Origin: Eledone cirrhosa
Taxonomy: Eukaryota
Length of the DNA stretch: 64,000 nt
Direction of reading: 5' to 3'
Assembly: GCA_964016885.1 (NCBI GenBank)
Contig: OZ024741.1
Coordinates: 258,478,001-258,542,000 of the forward strand
Shown here: positions 38,801 through 52,399 of the stretch, piece after piece
How the letters are laid out: every line of letters starts with the position of its first letter
How positions within the stretch are numbered: position 1 is the first letter of the stretch
Notes under the pieces: model-generated
Seen by the model: only the letters and a program-made list of their open reading frames with translations
The model's database searches: none
Told to the model about the DNA's origin: nothing
Program-made: the position numbers and the translations under genes

Positions 38801-39610
38801 GCCAGTGTTGTTGTAGTTGTTGCTGTTTTCTCTGTCAGTGCCAGTGTTGTTGTTGTTGCTGTTTTCTGTGTCAGTGCCAGTGTTGTTATTGTTGCTGTTT
38901 TCTGTGTCAGTGCCAGTGTTTTGGTGTTGCTGTTTTCTCTGTCAGTGCCAGTGTTGTTGTAGTTGTTGCTGTTTTCTCTGTCAGTGCCAGTGTTGTTGTA
39001 GTTGTTGCTGTTTTCTGTGTCAGTGCCGGTGTTGTTGTTTTGCTGTTTTCTCTGTCAGTGCCAGTGTTGTTGTTGTTGCTGTTTTCTGTGTCAGTGCCAG
39101 TGTTGTTGTTGTCGCTGTTTTCTGTGTCAGTGCCAGTGTTGTTGTAATTGTTGCTGTTTTCTGTGTCAGTGCCAGTGTTGTTGTAGTTGTTGCTGTTTTC
39201 TCTGTCAGTGCCAGTGTTGTTGTAGTTGTTGCTGTTTTCTCTGTCAGTGCCAGTGTTGTTGTAGTTGTTGCTGTTTTCTCTGTCAGTGCCAGTGTTGTTG
39301 TAGTTGTTGCTGTTTTCTGTGTCAGTGCCAGTGTTGTTGTTGCTGTTTTCTCTGTCAGTGCCAGTGTTGTTGTAGTTGTTGCTGTTTTCTCTGTCAGTGC
39401 CAGTGTGGTTGTAGTTGTTGCTGTTTTCTGTGTCAGTGCCAGTGTTGTTGTAGTTGTTGCTGTTTTCTGTGTCAGTGCCAGTGTTGTTGTAGTTGTTGCT
39501 GTTTTCTGTGTTAGTGCCAGTGTTGTTGTTGTTGCTGTTTTCTGTGTCAGTGCCAGTGTTGTTGTTGTTGCTATTTTCACTGTCAGTGCCAGTGTTGTTG
39601 CTGTTGCTGT
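32300..39610. repeat. ~3.7-kb tandem duplication within satellite B (offset 3,694; 3,616 before a two-monomer indel)
   Basis: Matching ORF pairs 33585/37279, 33944/37638, 34826/38520, 35123/38817 and 35308/39002. Both 1-bp deletions and the CTATGT variant are copied. Confidence 0.92.
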
Positions 39611-42600
39611 TTTCTCTGTCAGTGCCAGTGATGTTGTAGTTGTTGCTGTTTTCTGTGTTAGTGCCAGTGTTGTTGTAGTTGTTGCTGTTTTCTGTGTCAG
39701 TGCCAGTGTTGTTGCTGTTGCTGTTTTCTCTGTCAGTGCCAGTGTTGTTGTAGTTGTTGCTGCTTTCTGTGTCAGTGCCAGTGTTGTTGTAGTTGTTTCT
39801 GTTTTCTGTGTCAGTGCCAGTGTTGTTGTTGTTGCTGTTTTCTCTGTCAGTGCCAGTGTTGTTGTAGTTGTTGCTGTTTTCTCTGTCAGTGCCAGTGTTG
39901 TTGTAGTTGTTGCTGTTTTCTGTGTCAGTGCCGGTGTTGTTGTTGTTGCTGTTTTCTCTGTCAGTGCCAGTGTTGTTGTTGTTGCTGTTTTCTGTGTCAG
40001 TGACAGTGTTGTTGTTGCTGTTTTCTGTGTCAGTGCCAGTGTTGTTGTTGTTGCTGTTTTCTGTGTCAGTGCCAGTGTTGTTGTAGTTGTTGCTGTTTTC
40101 TGTGTCAGTGCCAGTGTTGTTGTAGTTGTTGCTGTTTTCTGTGTCAGTGCCAGTGTTGTTGTAGATGTTGCTGTTTTCTCTGTCAGTGCCAGTGTTGTTG
40201 TAGTTGTTGCTGTTTTCTGTGTCAGTGCCAGTGTTGTTGTAGTTGTTGCTGTTTTCTCTTTCAGTGCCAGTGTTGTTGTAGTTGTTGCTGTTTTCACTGT
40301 CAGTGCCAGTGTTGTTGTAGTTGTTGCTGTTTTCTGTGTCAGTGCCAGTGTTGTTGTTGCTGTTTTCTCTGTCAGTGCCAGTGTTGTTGTAGTTGTTGCT
40401 GTTTTCTCTGTCAGTGCCAGTGTTGTTGTAGTTGTTGCTGTTTTCTGTGTCAGTGCCAGTGTTGTTGTAGTCTTTGCTGTTTTCTCTTTCAGTGCCAGTG
40501 TTGTTGTAGTTGTTGCTGTTTTCTCTGTCAGTGCCAGTGTTGTTGTAGTTGTTGCTGTTTTCTGTGTCAGTGCCAGTGTAGTTGTTGCTGTTTTCTGTGT
40601 CAGTGCCAGTGTTGTTGTAGTTGTTGCTGTTTTCTCTGTCAGTGCCAGTGTTGTTGTAGTTGTAGCTGTTTTCTGTGTCAGTGCCAGTGTTGTTGTTGTT
40701 GCTGTTTTCTCTGTCAGTGCCAGTGTTGTTGTAGTTGTTGCTGTTTTCTCTGTCAGTGCCAGTTTTGTTGTAGTTGTTGCTGTTTTCTGTGTCAGTGCCA
40801 GTGTTGTTGTAGTTGTTGCTGTTTTCTCTGTCAGTGCCAGTGTTGTAGTTGTTGATGTTTTCTCTGTCAGTGCCAGTGTTGTTGTTGTTGCTGTTTTCTC
40901 TGTCAATGTTGTTGTTGTTGCTATTTTCACTGTCAGTGCCAGTGTTGTTGTTGTTGCTGTTTTCTGTGTCAATGCCAGTGTTGTTGTTGTTGCTGTTTTC
41001 TGTGTCAGTGCCAGTGTTGTTGTTGTTACTGTTGCTGTTTTCTGTGTCAGTGCCAGTCTTGTTGTTGTTACTGTTGCTGTTTTCTGTGCCAGAGCCAGTG
41101 TTATTGTTGCTGTTGTTGCTGTTTTTTGTCTCAGTGCCACTGTTGTTGTTGCTGTTGTTGCTGTTTTCTCTGTCAGTGCCAGTGTTGTTGTAGTTGTTGC
41201 TGTTGTCTGTGTCAGTGCCAGTGTTGTTGCTGTTGTTGCTGTTTTCTGTGTCAGTGCCAGTGTTGCTGTTGTTGCTGTTTTCTGTGTCAGTGCCAGTGTT
41301 GTTGTTGCTATTTTCACTGTCAGTGCCAGTGTTGTTGTAGTTGTTGCTGTTTTCTGTGTCAGTGCCAGTGTTGTTGTTGTTGCTGTTTTCTCTGTCAGTG
41401 CCGGTGTTGTTGTTGTTGCTGTTTTCTGTGTCAGTGCCAGTGTTGTTGTTGTTGCTGTTTTCTGTGTCAGTGCCAGTGTTGTTGTTGTTGTTGTTTTCTG
41501 TGTCAGTGCCAGTGTTGTTGTAGTTGTTGCTGTTTTCTGTGTCAGTGCCAGTGTTGTTGTAGTTGTTGCTGTTTTCTGTGTCAGTGCCAGTGCTGTTGTA
41601 GTTGTTGCTGTTTTCTCTGTCAGTGTCAGTGTTGTTGTTGTTGCTGTTTTCTGTGTCAGTGCCAGTGTTGTTATTGTTGCTGTTTTCTGTGTCAGTGCCA
41701 GTGTTTTGTTGTTGCTGTTTTCTCTGTCAGTGCCAGTGTTGTTGTAGTTGTTGCTGTTTTCTCTGTCAGTGCCAGTGTTGTTGTAGTTGTTGCTGTTTTC
41801 TGTGTCAGTGCCGGTGTTGTTGTTGTTGCTGTTTTCTCTGTCAGTGCCAGTGTTGTTGTTGTTGCTGTTTTCTGTGTCAGTGCCAGTGTTGTTGTTGTCG
41901 CTGTTTTCTGTGTCAGTGCCAGTGTTGTTGTAATTGTTGCTGTTTTCTGTGTCAGTGCCAGTGTTGTTGTAGTTGTTGCTGTTTTCTCTGTCAGTGCCAG
42001 TGTTGTTGTAGTTGTTGCTGTTTTCTCTGTCAGTGCCAGTGTTGTTGTAGTTGTTGCTGTTTTCTGTGTCAGTGCCAGTGTTGTTGTTGCTGTTTTCTCT
42101 GTCAGTGCCAGTGTTGTTGTAGTTGTTGCTGTTTTCTCTGTCAGTGCCAGTGTGGTTGTAGTTGTTGCTGTTTTCTGTGTCAGTGCCAGTGTTGTTGTAG
42201 TTGTTGCTGTTTTCTGTGTCAGTGCCAGTGTTGTTGTAGTTGTTGCTGTTTTCTGTGTTAGTGCCAGTGTTGTTGTTGTTGCTGTTTTCTGTGTCAGTGC
42301 CAGTGTTGTTGTTGTTGCTATTTTCACTGTCAGTGCCAGTGTTGTTGCTGTTGCTGTTTTCTCTGTCAGTGCCAGTGATGTTGTAGTTGTTGCTGTTTTC
42401 TGTGTTAGTGCCAGTGTTGTTGTAGTTGTTGCTGTTTTCTGTGTCAGTGCCAGTGTTGTTGCTGTTGCTGTTTTCTCTGTCAGTGCCAGTGTTGTTGTAG
42501 TTGTTGCTGCTTTCTCTGTCAGTGCCAGTGTTGTTGTAGTTGTTTCTGTTTTCTGTGTCAGTGCCAGTGTTGTTGTTGTTGCTGTTTTCTCTGTCAGTGC

Positions 42601-45600
42601 CAGTGTTGTTGTAGTTGTTGCTGTTTTCTCTGTCAGTGCCAGTGTTGTTGTAGTTGTTGCTGTTTTCTGTGTCAGTGCCGGTGTTGTTGTTGTTGCTGTT
42701 TTCTCTGTCAGTGCCAGTGTTGTTGTTGTTGCTGTTTTCTGTGTCAGTGCCAGTGTTGTTGTTGCTGTTTTCTGTGTCAGTGCCAGTGTTGTTGTTGTTG
42801 CTGTTTTCTGTGTCAGTGCCAGTGTTGTTGTAGTTGTTGCTGTTTTCTGTGTCAGTGCCAGTGCTGTTGTAGTTGTTGCTGTTTTCTGTGTCAGTGCCAG
42901 TGTTGTTGTAGATGTTGCTGTTTTCTCTGTCAGTGCCAGTGTTGTTGTAGTTGTTGCTGTTTTCTGTGTCAGTGCCAGTGTTGTTGTAGTCTTTGCTGTT
43001 TTCTCTTTCAGTGCCAGTGTTGTTGTAGTTGTTGCTGTTTTCTCTGTCAGTGCCAGTGTTGTTGTAGTTGTTGCTGTTTTCTGTGTCAGTGCCAGTGTAG
43101 TTGTTGCTGTTTTCTGTGTCAGTGCCAGTGTTGTTGTAGTTGTTGCTGTTTTCTCTGTCAGTGCCAGTGTTGTTGTAGTTGTAGCTGTTTTCTGTGTCAG
43201 TGCCAGTGTTGTTGTTGTTGCTGTTTTCTCTGTCAGTGCCAGTGTTGTTGTAGTTGTTGCTGTTTTCTCTGTCAGTGCCAGTTTTGTTGTAGTTGTTGCT
43301 GTTTTCTGTGTCAGTGCCAGTGTTGTTGTAGTTGTTGCTGTTTTCTCTGTCAGTGCCAGTGTTGTAGTTGTTGATGTTTTCTCTGTCAGTGCCAGTGTTG
43401 TTGTTGTTGCTGTTTTCTCTGTCAATGTTGTTGTTGTTGCTATTTTCACTGTCAGTGCCAGTGTTGTTGTTGTTGCTGTTTTCTGTGTCAATGCCAGTGT
43501 TGTTGTTGTTGCTGTTTTCTGTGTCAGTGCCAGTGTTGTTGTTACTGTTGCTGTTTTCTGTGTCAGTGCCAGTCTTGTTGTTGTTACTGTTGCTGTTTTC
43601 TGTGCCAGAGCCAGTGTTATTGTTGCTGTTGTTGCTGTTTTCTGTCTCAGTGCCACTGTTGTTGTTGCTGTTGTTGCTGTTTTCTGTGTCAGTGCCAGTG
43701 TTGTTGTTGCTGTTGTTGCTGTTTTCCGTGCCAGTGTTGTTGTAGTTGTTGCTGTTTTCTGTGTCAGTGCCAGTGTTCTTGCTGTTGCTGTTTTCTGTGT
43801 CAGTGCCAGTGTTGTTGTTGTTACTGTTGCTGTTTTCTGTGTCAGTTCCAGTGTTGTTGTTGTTGTTGCTGTTGCTGTTTTCTGTGCCAGTGCCAGTGTT
43901 ATTGTTGCTGTTGTTGCTGTTTTCTCTGTCAGTGCCAGTGTTGTTGTAGTTGTTGCTGTTTTCTCTGTCAGTGCCAGTGTTGTTGTAGTTGTTGCTGTTT
44001 TCTCTGTCAGTGACAGTGTTGTTGTTGTTGCTGCTTTCTCTGTCAGTGTCAGTGTTGTAGTTGTTGCTGTTTTCTCTGTCAATGCCAGTGTTGTTGTTGT
44101 TGTTGCTGTTTTCTGTGTCAGTGCCAGTGTTGTTGTTGTTGCTGTTTTCTGTGTCAGTGCCAGTGTTGTTGTAGTTGTTGCTGTTTTCTCTCTCAGTGCC
44201 AGTGTTGTAGTTGTTGCTGTTTTCTGTGTCAGTGCCAGTGTTGTTGTTGTTGCTGTTTTCTCTGTCAATTCCAGTGTTGTTGTAGTTGTTGCTGTTTTCT
44301 CTGTCAGTGCCAGTGTTGTTGTAGTTGTTGCTGTTTTCTGTGTCAGTGCCGGTGTTGTTGTTGTTGCTGTTTTCTCTGTCAGTGCCAGTGTTGTTGTTGT
44401 TGCTGTTTTCTCTGTCAGTGCCAGTGTTTTTGTTGTTGCTGTTTTCTGTGTCAGTGCCAGTGTGTTTGTTGTTGCTGTTTTCTGTGTCAGTGCCAGTGTT
44501 GTTGTAGTTGTTGCTGTTTTCTGTGTCAGTGCCAGTGTTGTCGTAGTTGTTGCTTTTTTCAGTGTCAGTGCCAGTGTTGTTGTAGTTGTTGCTGTTTTCT
44601 CTGTCAGTGCCAGTTTTGTTGTAGTTGTTGCTGTTTTCTGTGTCAGTGCCAGTGTTGTTGTAGTTGTTGCTGTTTTCTTTGTCAGTGCCAGTGTTGTTGT
44701 TGTTGCTGTTTTCTCTGTCAGTGCCAGTGTTGTAGTTGTTGCTGTTTTCTGTGTCAGTGCCAGTGTTCTTGCTGTTGCTGTTTTCTGTGTCAGTGCCAGT
44801 GTTGTTGTTGTTACTGTTGCTGTTTTCTGTGTCAGTTCCAGTGTTGTTGTTGTTGTTGCTGTTTTCTGTGTCAGTGCCAGTGTTCTTGCTGTTGCTGTTT
44901 TCTGTGTCAGTGCCAGTGTTGTTGTTGTTACTGTTGCTGTTTTCTGTGCCAGTGCCAGTGTTATTGTTGCTGTTGTTGCTGTTTTCTCTGTCAGTGCCAG
45001 TGTTGTTGTAGTTGTTGCTGTTTTCTGTGTCAATGCCAGTGTTGTTGTAGTTGTTGCTGTTTTCTCTGTCAGTGACAGTGTTGTTGTTGTTGCTGCTTTC
45101 TCTGTCAGTGTCAGTGTTGTAGTTGTTGCTGTTTTCTCTGTCAGTGCCAGTGTTGTTGTTGTTGTTGCTGTTTTCTGTGTCAGTGCCAGTGTTGTTGTTG
45201 TTGCTGTTTTCTGTGTCAGTGCCAGTGTTGTTGTTGTTGCTGTTTTCTCTGTCAGTGCCAGTGTTGTTGCTGTTGCTCTTTTCACTGTCAGTGCCAGTGT
45301 TGTTGTTGCTGTTTTCTGTGTCAGTGCCAGTGTTGTTGTTGTTGCTGTTTTCTGTGTCAGTGCCAGTGTTGTTGTTGTTACTGTTGCTGTTTTCTGTGTC
45401 AGTTCCAGTGTTGTTGTTGCTGTTTTCTGTGCCAGTGCCAGTGTTATTGTTGCTGTTGTTGCTGTTTTCTGTGTCAGTGCCACGGTTGTTGTTGCTGTTG
45501 TTGCTGTTTTCTGTGTTAGTGCCAGTGTTGTTGTTGCTGTTGTTGCTGTTTTCTGTGTCAGTGCCAGTGTTGTTGTTGCTGTTGTTGCTGTTTTCCGTGC

Positions 45601-48600
45601 CAGTATTGTTGTAGTTGTTGCTGTTTTCTGTGTCAGTGCCGGTGTTGTTGTTGTTGCTGTTTTCTCTGTCAGTGCCAGTGTTGTTGTTGTTGCTGTTTTC
45701 TGTGTCAGTGCCAGTGTTATTGTAGTTGTTGCTGTTTTCTGTGTCAGTGCCAGTGTTGTTGTAGTTGTTGCTGTTTTCTGTGTCAGTGCCAGTGTTGTTG
45801 TAGTTGTTGCTGTTTTCTCTGTCAGTGCCAGTGTTGTTGTAGTTGTTGCTGTTTTCTCTGTCAGTGCCAGTGTTGTTGAAGTTGTTGCTGTTTTCTGTGT
45901 CAGTGCCAGTGTTGTTGTTGCTGTTTTCTCTGTCAGTGCCAGTGTTGTTGTAGTTGTTGCTGTTTTCTGTGTCAGTGCCAGTGTTGTAGTTGTTGCTGTT
46001 TTCTGTGTCAGTGCCAGTGTTGTTGTAGTTGTTGCTGTTTTCTGTGTCAGTGCCAGTGTTGTTGTTGCTGTTTTCTCTGTCAGTGCCAGTGTTGTTGTTG
46101 CTGTTGTTGCTGTTTTCTGTGTCAGTGCCAGTGTTGTTGCTGTTGCTGTTTTCTCTGTCAGTGCCAGTGTTGTTGTAGTTGTTGCTGTTTTCTCTCTCAG
46201 TGCCAGTGTTGTAGTTGTTGCTGTTTTCTGTGTCAGTGCCAGTGTTGTTGTTGTTGCTGTTTTCTCTGTCAATTCCAGTGTTGTTGTAGTTGTTGCTGTT
46301 TTCTCTGTCAGTGCCAGTGTTGTTGTAGTTGTTGCTGTTTTCTGTGTCAGTGCCGGTGTTGTTGTTGTTGCTGTTTTCTCTGTCAGTGCCAGTGTTGTTG
46401 TTGTTGCTGTTTTCTCTGTCAGTGCCAGTGTTTTTGTTGTTGCTGTTTTCTGTGTCAGTGCCAGTGTGTTTGTTGTTGCTGTTTTCTGTGTCAGTGCCAG
46501 TGTTGTTGTAGTTGTTGCTGTTTTCTGTGTCAGTGCCAGTGTTGTTGTAGTTGTTGCTTTTTTCAGTGTCAGTGCCAGTGTTGTTGTAGTTGTTGCTGTT
46601 TTCTCTGTCAGTGCCAGTTTTGTTGTAGTTGTTGCTGTTTTCTGTGTCAGTGCCAGTGTTGTTGTAGTTGTTGCTGTTTTCTTTGTCAGTGCCAGTGTTG
46701 TTGTTGTTGCCGTTTTCTCTGTCAGTGCCAGTGTTGTAGTTGTTGCTGTTTTCTGTGTCAGTGCCAGTGTTCTTGCTGTTGCTGTTTTCTGTGTCAGTGC
46801 CAGTGTTGTTGTTGTTACTGTTGCTGTTTTCTGTGTCAGTTCCAGTGTTGTTGTTGTTGTTGCTGTTGCTGTTTTCTGTGCCAGTGCCAGTGTTATTGTT
46901 GCTGTTGTTGCTGTTTTCTCTGTCAGTGCCAGTGTTGTTGTAGTTGTTGCTGTTTTCTGTGTCAATGCCAGTGTTGTTGTAGTTGTTGCTGTTTTCTCTG
47001 TCAGTGTTGTTGTTGTTGCTGCTTTCTCTGTCAGTGTCAGTGTTGTAGTTGTTGCTGTTTTCTCTGTCAGTGCCAGTGTTGTTGTTGTTGTTGCTGTTTT
47101 CTGTGTCAGTGCCAGTGTTGTTGTTGTTGCTGTTTTCTCTGTCAGTGCCAGTGTTGTTGTTGTTGCTGTTTTCTCTGTCAGTGCCAGTGTTGTTGCTGTT
47201 GCTCTTTTCACTGTCAGTGCCAGTGTTGTTGTTGCTGTTTTCTGTGTCAGTGCCAGTGTTGTTGTTGTTGCTGTTTTCTGTGTCAGTGCCAGTGTTGTTG
47301 TTGTTACTGTTGCTGTTTTCTGTGTCAGTTCCAGTGTTGCTGTTGCTGTTTTCTGTGGCAGTGCCAGTGTTATTGTTGCAGTTGTTGCTGTTTTCTGTGT
47401 CAGTGCCACGGTTGTTGTTGCTGTTGTTGCTGTTTTCTGTGTCAGTGCCAGTGTTGTTGTTGCTGTTGTTGCTGTTTTCTGTGTCAGTGCCAGTGTTGTT
47501 GTTGCTGTTGTTGCTGTTTTCCGTGCCAGTATTGTTGTAGTTGTTGCTGTTTTCTGTGTCAGTGCCGGTGTTGTTGTTGTTGCTGTTTTCTCTGTCAGTG
47601 CCAGTGTTGTTGTTGTTGCTGTTTTCTGTGTCAGTGCCAGTGTTGTTGTAGTTTTTGCTGTTTTCTGTGTCAGTGCCAGTGTTGTTGTAGTTGTTGCTGC
47701 TTTCTGTGTCAGTGCCAGTGTTGTTGTAGTTGTTGCTGTTTTCTCTGTCAGTGCCAGTGTTGTTGTAGTTGTTGCTGTTTTCTCTGTCAGTGCGAGTGTT
47801 GTTGTAGTTGTTGCTGTTTTCTGTGTCAGTGCCAGTGTTGTTGTTGCTGTTTTCTCTGTCAGTGCCAGTGTTGTTGTAGTTGTTGCTGTTTTCTGTGTCA
47901 GTGCCAGTGTTGTTGTAGTTGTTGCTGTTTTCTCTGTCAGTGCCAGTGTCGTTGTAGTTGTTGCTGTTTTCTGTGTCAGTGCCAGTGTTGTTGTTGCTGT
48001 TTTCTCTGTCAGTGCCAGTGTTGTTGTTGCTGTTGTTGCTGTTTTCTGTGTCAGTGCCAGTGTTGTTGCTGTTGCTGTTTTCTCTGTCAGTGCCAGTGTT
48101 GTTGTAGTTGTTGCTGTTTTCTCTGTCAGTGCCAGTGTCGTTGTAGTTGTTGCTGTTTTCTGTGTCAGTGCCAGTGTTGTTGTTGCTGTTTTCTCTGTCA
48201 GTGCCAGTGTTGTTGTTGCTGTTGTTGCTGTTTTCTGTGTCAGTGCCAGTGTTGTTGCTGTTGCTGTTTTCTCTGTCAGTGCCAGTGTTGTTGTAGTTGT
48301 TGCTGTTTTCTCTGTCAGTGCCAGTGTTGTAGTTGTTGCTGTTTTCTGTGTGAGTGCCAGTGTTGTTGTTGTTGCTGTTTTCTCTGTCAGTGCCAGTGTT
48401 GTTGTAGTTGTTGCTGTTTTCTCTGTCAGTGCCAGTGTTGTTGTAGTTGTTGCTGTTTTCTGTGTCAGTGCCGGTGTTGTTGTTGTTGCTGTTTTCTCTG
48501 TCAGTGCCAGTGTTGTTGTTGTTGCTGTTTTCTCTGTCAGTGCCAGTGTTTTTGTTGTTGCTGTTTTCTGTGTCAGTGCCAGTGTTGTTGTTGTTGCTAT

Positions 48601-51600
48601 TTTCACTGTCAGTGCCAGTGTTGTTGCTGTTGCTGTTTTCTCTGTCAGTGCCAGTGATGTTGTAGTTGTTGCTGTTTTCTGTGTTAGTGCCAGTGTTGTT
48701 GTAGTTGTTGCTGTTTTCTGTGTCAGTGCCAGTGTTGTTGCTGTTGCTGTTTTCTCTGTCAGTGCCAGTGTTGTTGTAGTTGTTGCTGCTTTCTCTGTCA
48801 GTGCCAGTGTTGTTGTAGTTGTTTCTGTTTTCTGTGTCAGTTCCATTGTTATTGCTGTTGTTGCTGTTTTCTGTGTCAGTGCCAGTGTTGTTGTTGTTGC
48901 TGTTTTCTCTGTCAGTGCCAGTGTTGTTGTTGCTGTTTTCTCTGTCAGTGCCAGTGTTTTTGTTGTTGCTGTTTTCTGTGTCAGTGCCAGTGTGTTTGTT
49001 GTTGCTGTTTTCTGTGTCAGTGCCAGTGTTGTTGTAGTTGTTGCTGTTTTCTGTGTCAGTGCCAGTGTTGTTGTAGTTGTTGCTTTTTTCAGTGTCAGTG
49101 CCAGTGTTGTTGTAGTTGTTGCTGTTTTCTCTGTCAGTGCCAGTTTTGTTGTAGTTGTTGCTGTTTTCTGTGTCAGTGCCAGTGTTGTTGTAGTTGTTGC
49201 TGTTTTCTTTGTCAGTGCCAGTGTTGTTGTTGTTGCTGTTTTCTCTGTCAGTGCCAGTGTTGTAGTTGTTGCTGTTTTCTGTGTCAGTGCCAGTGTTCTT
49301 GCTGTTGCTGTTTTCTGTGTCAGTGCCAGTGTTGTTGTTGTTACTGTTGCTGTTTTCTGTGTCAGTTCCAGTGTTGTTGTTGTTGTTGCTGTTGCTGTTT
49401 TCTGTGCCAGTGCCAGTGTTATTGTTGCTGTTGTTGCTGTTTTCTCTGTCAGTGCCAGTGTTGTTGTAGTTGTTGCTGTTTTCTGTGTCAATGCCAGTGT
49501 TGTTGTAGTTGTTGCTGTTTTCTCTGTCAGTGACAGTGTTGTTGTTGTTGCTGCTTTCTCTGTCAGTGTCAGTGTTGTAGTTGTTGCTGTTTTCTCTGTC
49601 AGTGCCAGTGTTGTTGTTGTTGTTGCTGTTTTCTGTGTCAGTGCCAGTGTTGTTGTTGTTGCTGTTTTCTGTGTCAGTGCCAGTGTTGTTGTTGTTGCTG
49701 TTTTCTCTGTCAGTGCCAGTGTTGTTGCTGTTGCTCTTTTCACTGTCAGTGCCAGTGTTGTTGTTGCTGTTTTCTGTGTCAGTGCCAGTGTTGTTGTTGT
49801 TGCTGTTTTCTGTGTCAGTGCCAGTGTTGTTGTTGTTACTGTTGCTGTTTTCTGTGTCAGTTCCAGTGTTGCTGTTGCTGTTTTCTGTGCCAGTGCCAGT
49901 GTTATTGTTTCTGTTGTTGCTGTTTTCTGTGTCAGTGCCACGGTTGTTGTTGCTGTTGTTGCTGTTTTCTGTGTCAGTGCCAGTGTTGTTGTTGCTGTTG
50001 TTGCTGTTTTCTGTGTCAGTGCCAGTGTTGTTGTTGCTGTTGTTGCTGTTTTCCGTGCCAGTATTGTTGTAGTTGTTGCTGTTTTCTGTGTCAGTGCCGG
50101 TGTTGTTGTTGTTGCTGTTTTCTCTGTCAGTGCCAGTGTTGTTGTTGTTGCTGTTTTCTGTGTCAGTGCCAGTGTTGTTGTAGTTGTTGCTGTTTTCTGT
50201 GTTAGTGCCAGTGTTGTCGTAGTTGTTGCTGTTTTCTGTGTCAGTGCCAGTGTTGTTGTAGTTGTTGCTGTTTTCTCTGTCAGTGCGAGTGTTGTTGTAG
50301 TTGTTGCTGTTTTCTGTGTCAGTGCCAGTGTTGTTGTTACTGTTTTCTCTGTCAGTGCCAGTGTTGTTGTAGTTGTTGCTGTTTTCTGTGTCAGTGCCAG
50401 TGTTGTTGTAGTTGTTGCTGTTTTCTCTGTCAGTGCCAGTGTTGTTGTAGTTGTTGCTGTTTTCTGTGTCAGTGCCAGTGTTGTTGTTGCTGTTTTCTCT
50501 GTCAGTGCCAGTGTTGTTGTTGCTGTTGTTGCTGTTTTCTGTGTCAGTGCCAGTGTTGTTGCTGTTGCTGTTTTCTCTGTCAGTGCCAGTGTTGTTGTAG
50601 TTGTTGCTGTTTTCTCTGTCAGTGCCAGTGTTGTAGTTGTTGCTGTTTTCTGTGTCAGTGCCAGTGTTGTTGTTGTTGCTGTTTTCTCTGTCAGTGCCAG
50701 TGTTGTTGTAGTTGTTGCTGTTTTCTCTGTCAGTGCCAGTGTTGTTGTAGTTGTTGCTGTTTTCTGTGTCAGTGCCGGTGTTGTTGTTGTTGCTGTTTTC
50801 TCTGTCAGTGCCAGTGTTGTTGTTGTTGCTGTTTTCTCTGTCAGTGCCAGTGTTTTTGTTGTTGCTGTTTTCTGTGTCAGTGCCAGTGTTGTTGTTGTTG
50901 CTATTTTCACTGTCAGTGCCAGTGTTGTTGCTGTTGCTGTTTTCTCTGTCAGTGCCAGTGATGTTGTAGTTGTTGCTGTTTTCTGTGTTAGTGCCAGTGT
51001 TGTTGTAGTTGTTGCAGTTTTCTGTGTCAGTGCCAGTGTTGTTGCTGTTGCTGTTTTCTCTGTCAGTGCCAGTGTTGTTGTAGTTGTTGCTGCTTTCTCT
51101 GTCAGTGCCAGTGTTGTTGTAGTTGTTTCTGTTTTCTGTGTCAGTTCCATTGTTATTGCTGTTGTTGCTGTTTTCTGTGTCAGTGCCAGTGTTGTTGTTG
51201 TTGCTGTTTTCTCTGTCAGTGCCAGTGTTGTTGTTGCTGTTTTCTCTGTCAGTGCCAGTGTTGTTGTTGTTGCTGTTTTCTGTGTCAGAGCCATTGTTAT
51301 TGCTGTTGTTGCGGTTTTCTGTGTCAGTGCCAGTGTTGTTGTTGCTGTTGTTGCTGTTTTCTGTGTCAGTGCCAGTGTTGTTGCTGTTGCTGTTTTCTCT
51401 GTCAGTGCCAGTGTTGTTGTAGTTGTTGCTGTTTTATCTGTCAGTGCCAGTGTTGTAGTTGTTGCTGTTTTCTGTGTCAGTGCCAGTGTTGTTGTTGTTG
51501 CTGTTTTCTCAGTCAGTGTCAGTGTTGTTGTAGTTGTTGCTGTTTTCTCTGTCAGTGCCGGTGTTGTTGTTGTTGCTGTTTTCTCTGTCAGTGCCAGTGT

Positions 51601-52399
51601 TGTTGTTGTTGGTGTTTTCTGTGTCAGTGCCAGTGTTGTTGTAGTTGTTGCTGTTTTCTCTGTCAGTGCCAGTGTTGTTGTAGTTGTTGCTGTTTTCTCT
51701 GTCAGTGCCAGTGTTGTTGTAGTTGTTGCTGTTTTCTGTGTCAGTGCCAGTGTTTTTGTTGTTGCTGTTTTCTCTGTCAGTGCCAGTGTTGTTGTAGTTG
51801 TTGCTGTTTTCTCTGTCAGTGCCAGTGTTGTTGTAATTGTTGCTGTTTTCTGTGTCAGTGCCAGTGTTGTTGCTGTTGTTGCTGTTTTCTGTGTCAGTGC
51901 TAGTGTTGTTGTTGTTGCTGTTTTCTGTGTCAGTGCCAGTGTTGTTGTTGCTATTTTCACTGTCAGTGCCAGTGTTGTTGTAGTTGTTGCTGTTTTCTGT
52001 GTCAGTGCCAGTGTTGTTGTTGTTGCTGTTTTCTCTGTCAGTGCCAGTGTTGTTGTAGCTGTTGCTGTTTTCTGTGTCAGTGCCAGTGTTGTTGTAGTTG
52101 TTGCTGTTTTCTGTGTCAGTGCCAGTGTTGTTGTAGTTGTTGCTGTTTTCTGTGTCAGTGCAAGTGTTGTTGTAGTTGTTACTGTTTTCTCTGTCAGTGC
52201 CAGTGTTGTTGTAGTTGTTGCTGTTTTCTGTGTCAGTGCCAGTGTTGTTGTTGTTGCTGTTTTCTCTGTCAGTGCCAGTGTTGTTGTAGTTGTTGCTGTT
52301 TTCTCTGTCAGTGCCAGTGTCGTTGTAGTTGTTGCTGTTTTCTGTGTCAGTGCCAGTGTTGTTGTAGTTGTTGCTGTTTTCTCTGTCAGTGCCAGTGTT

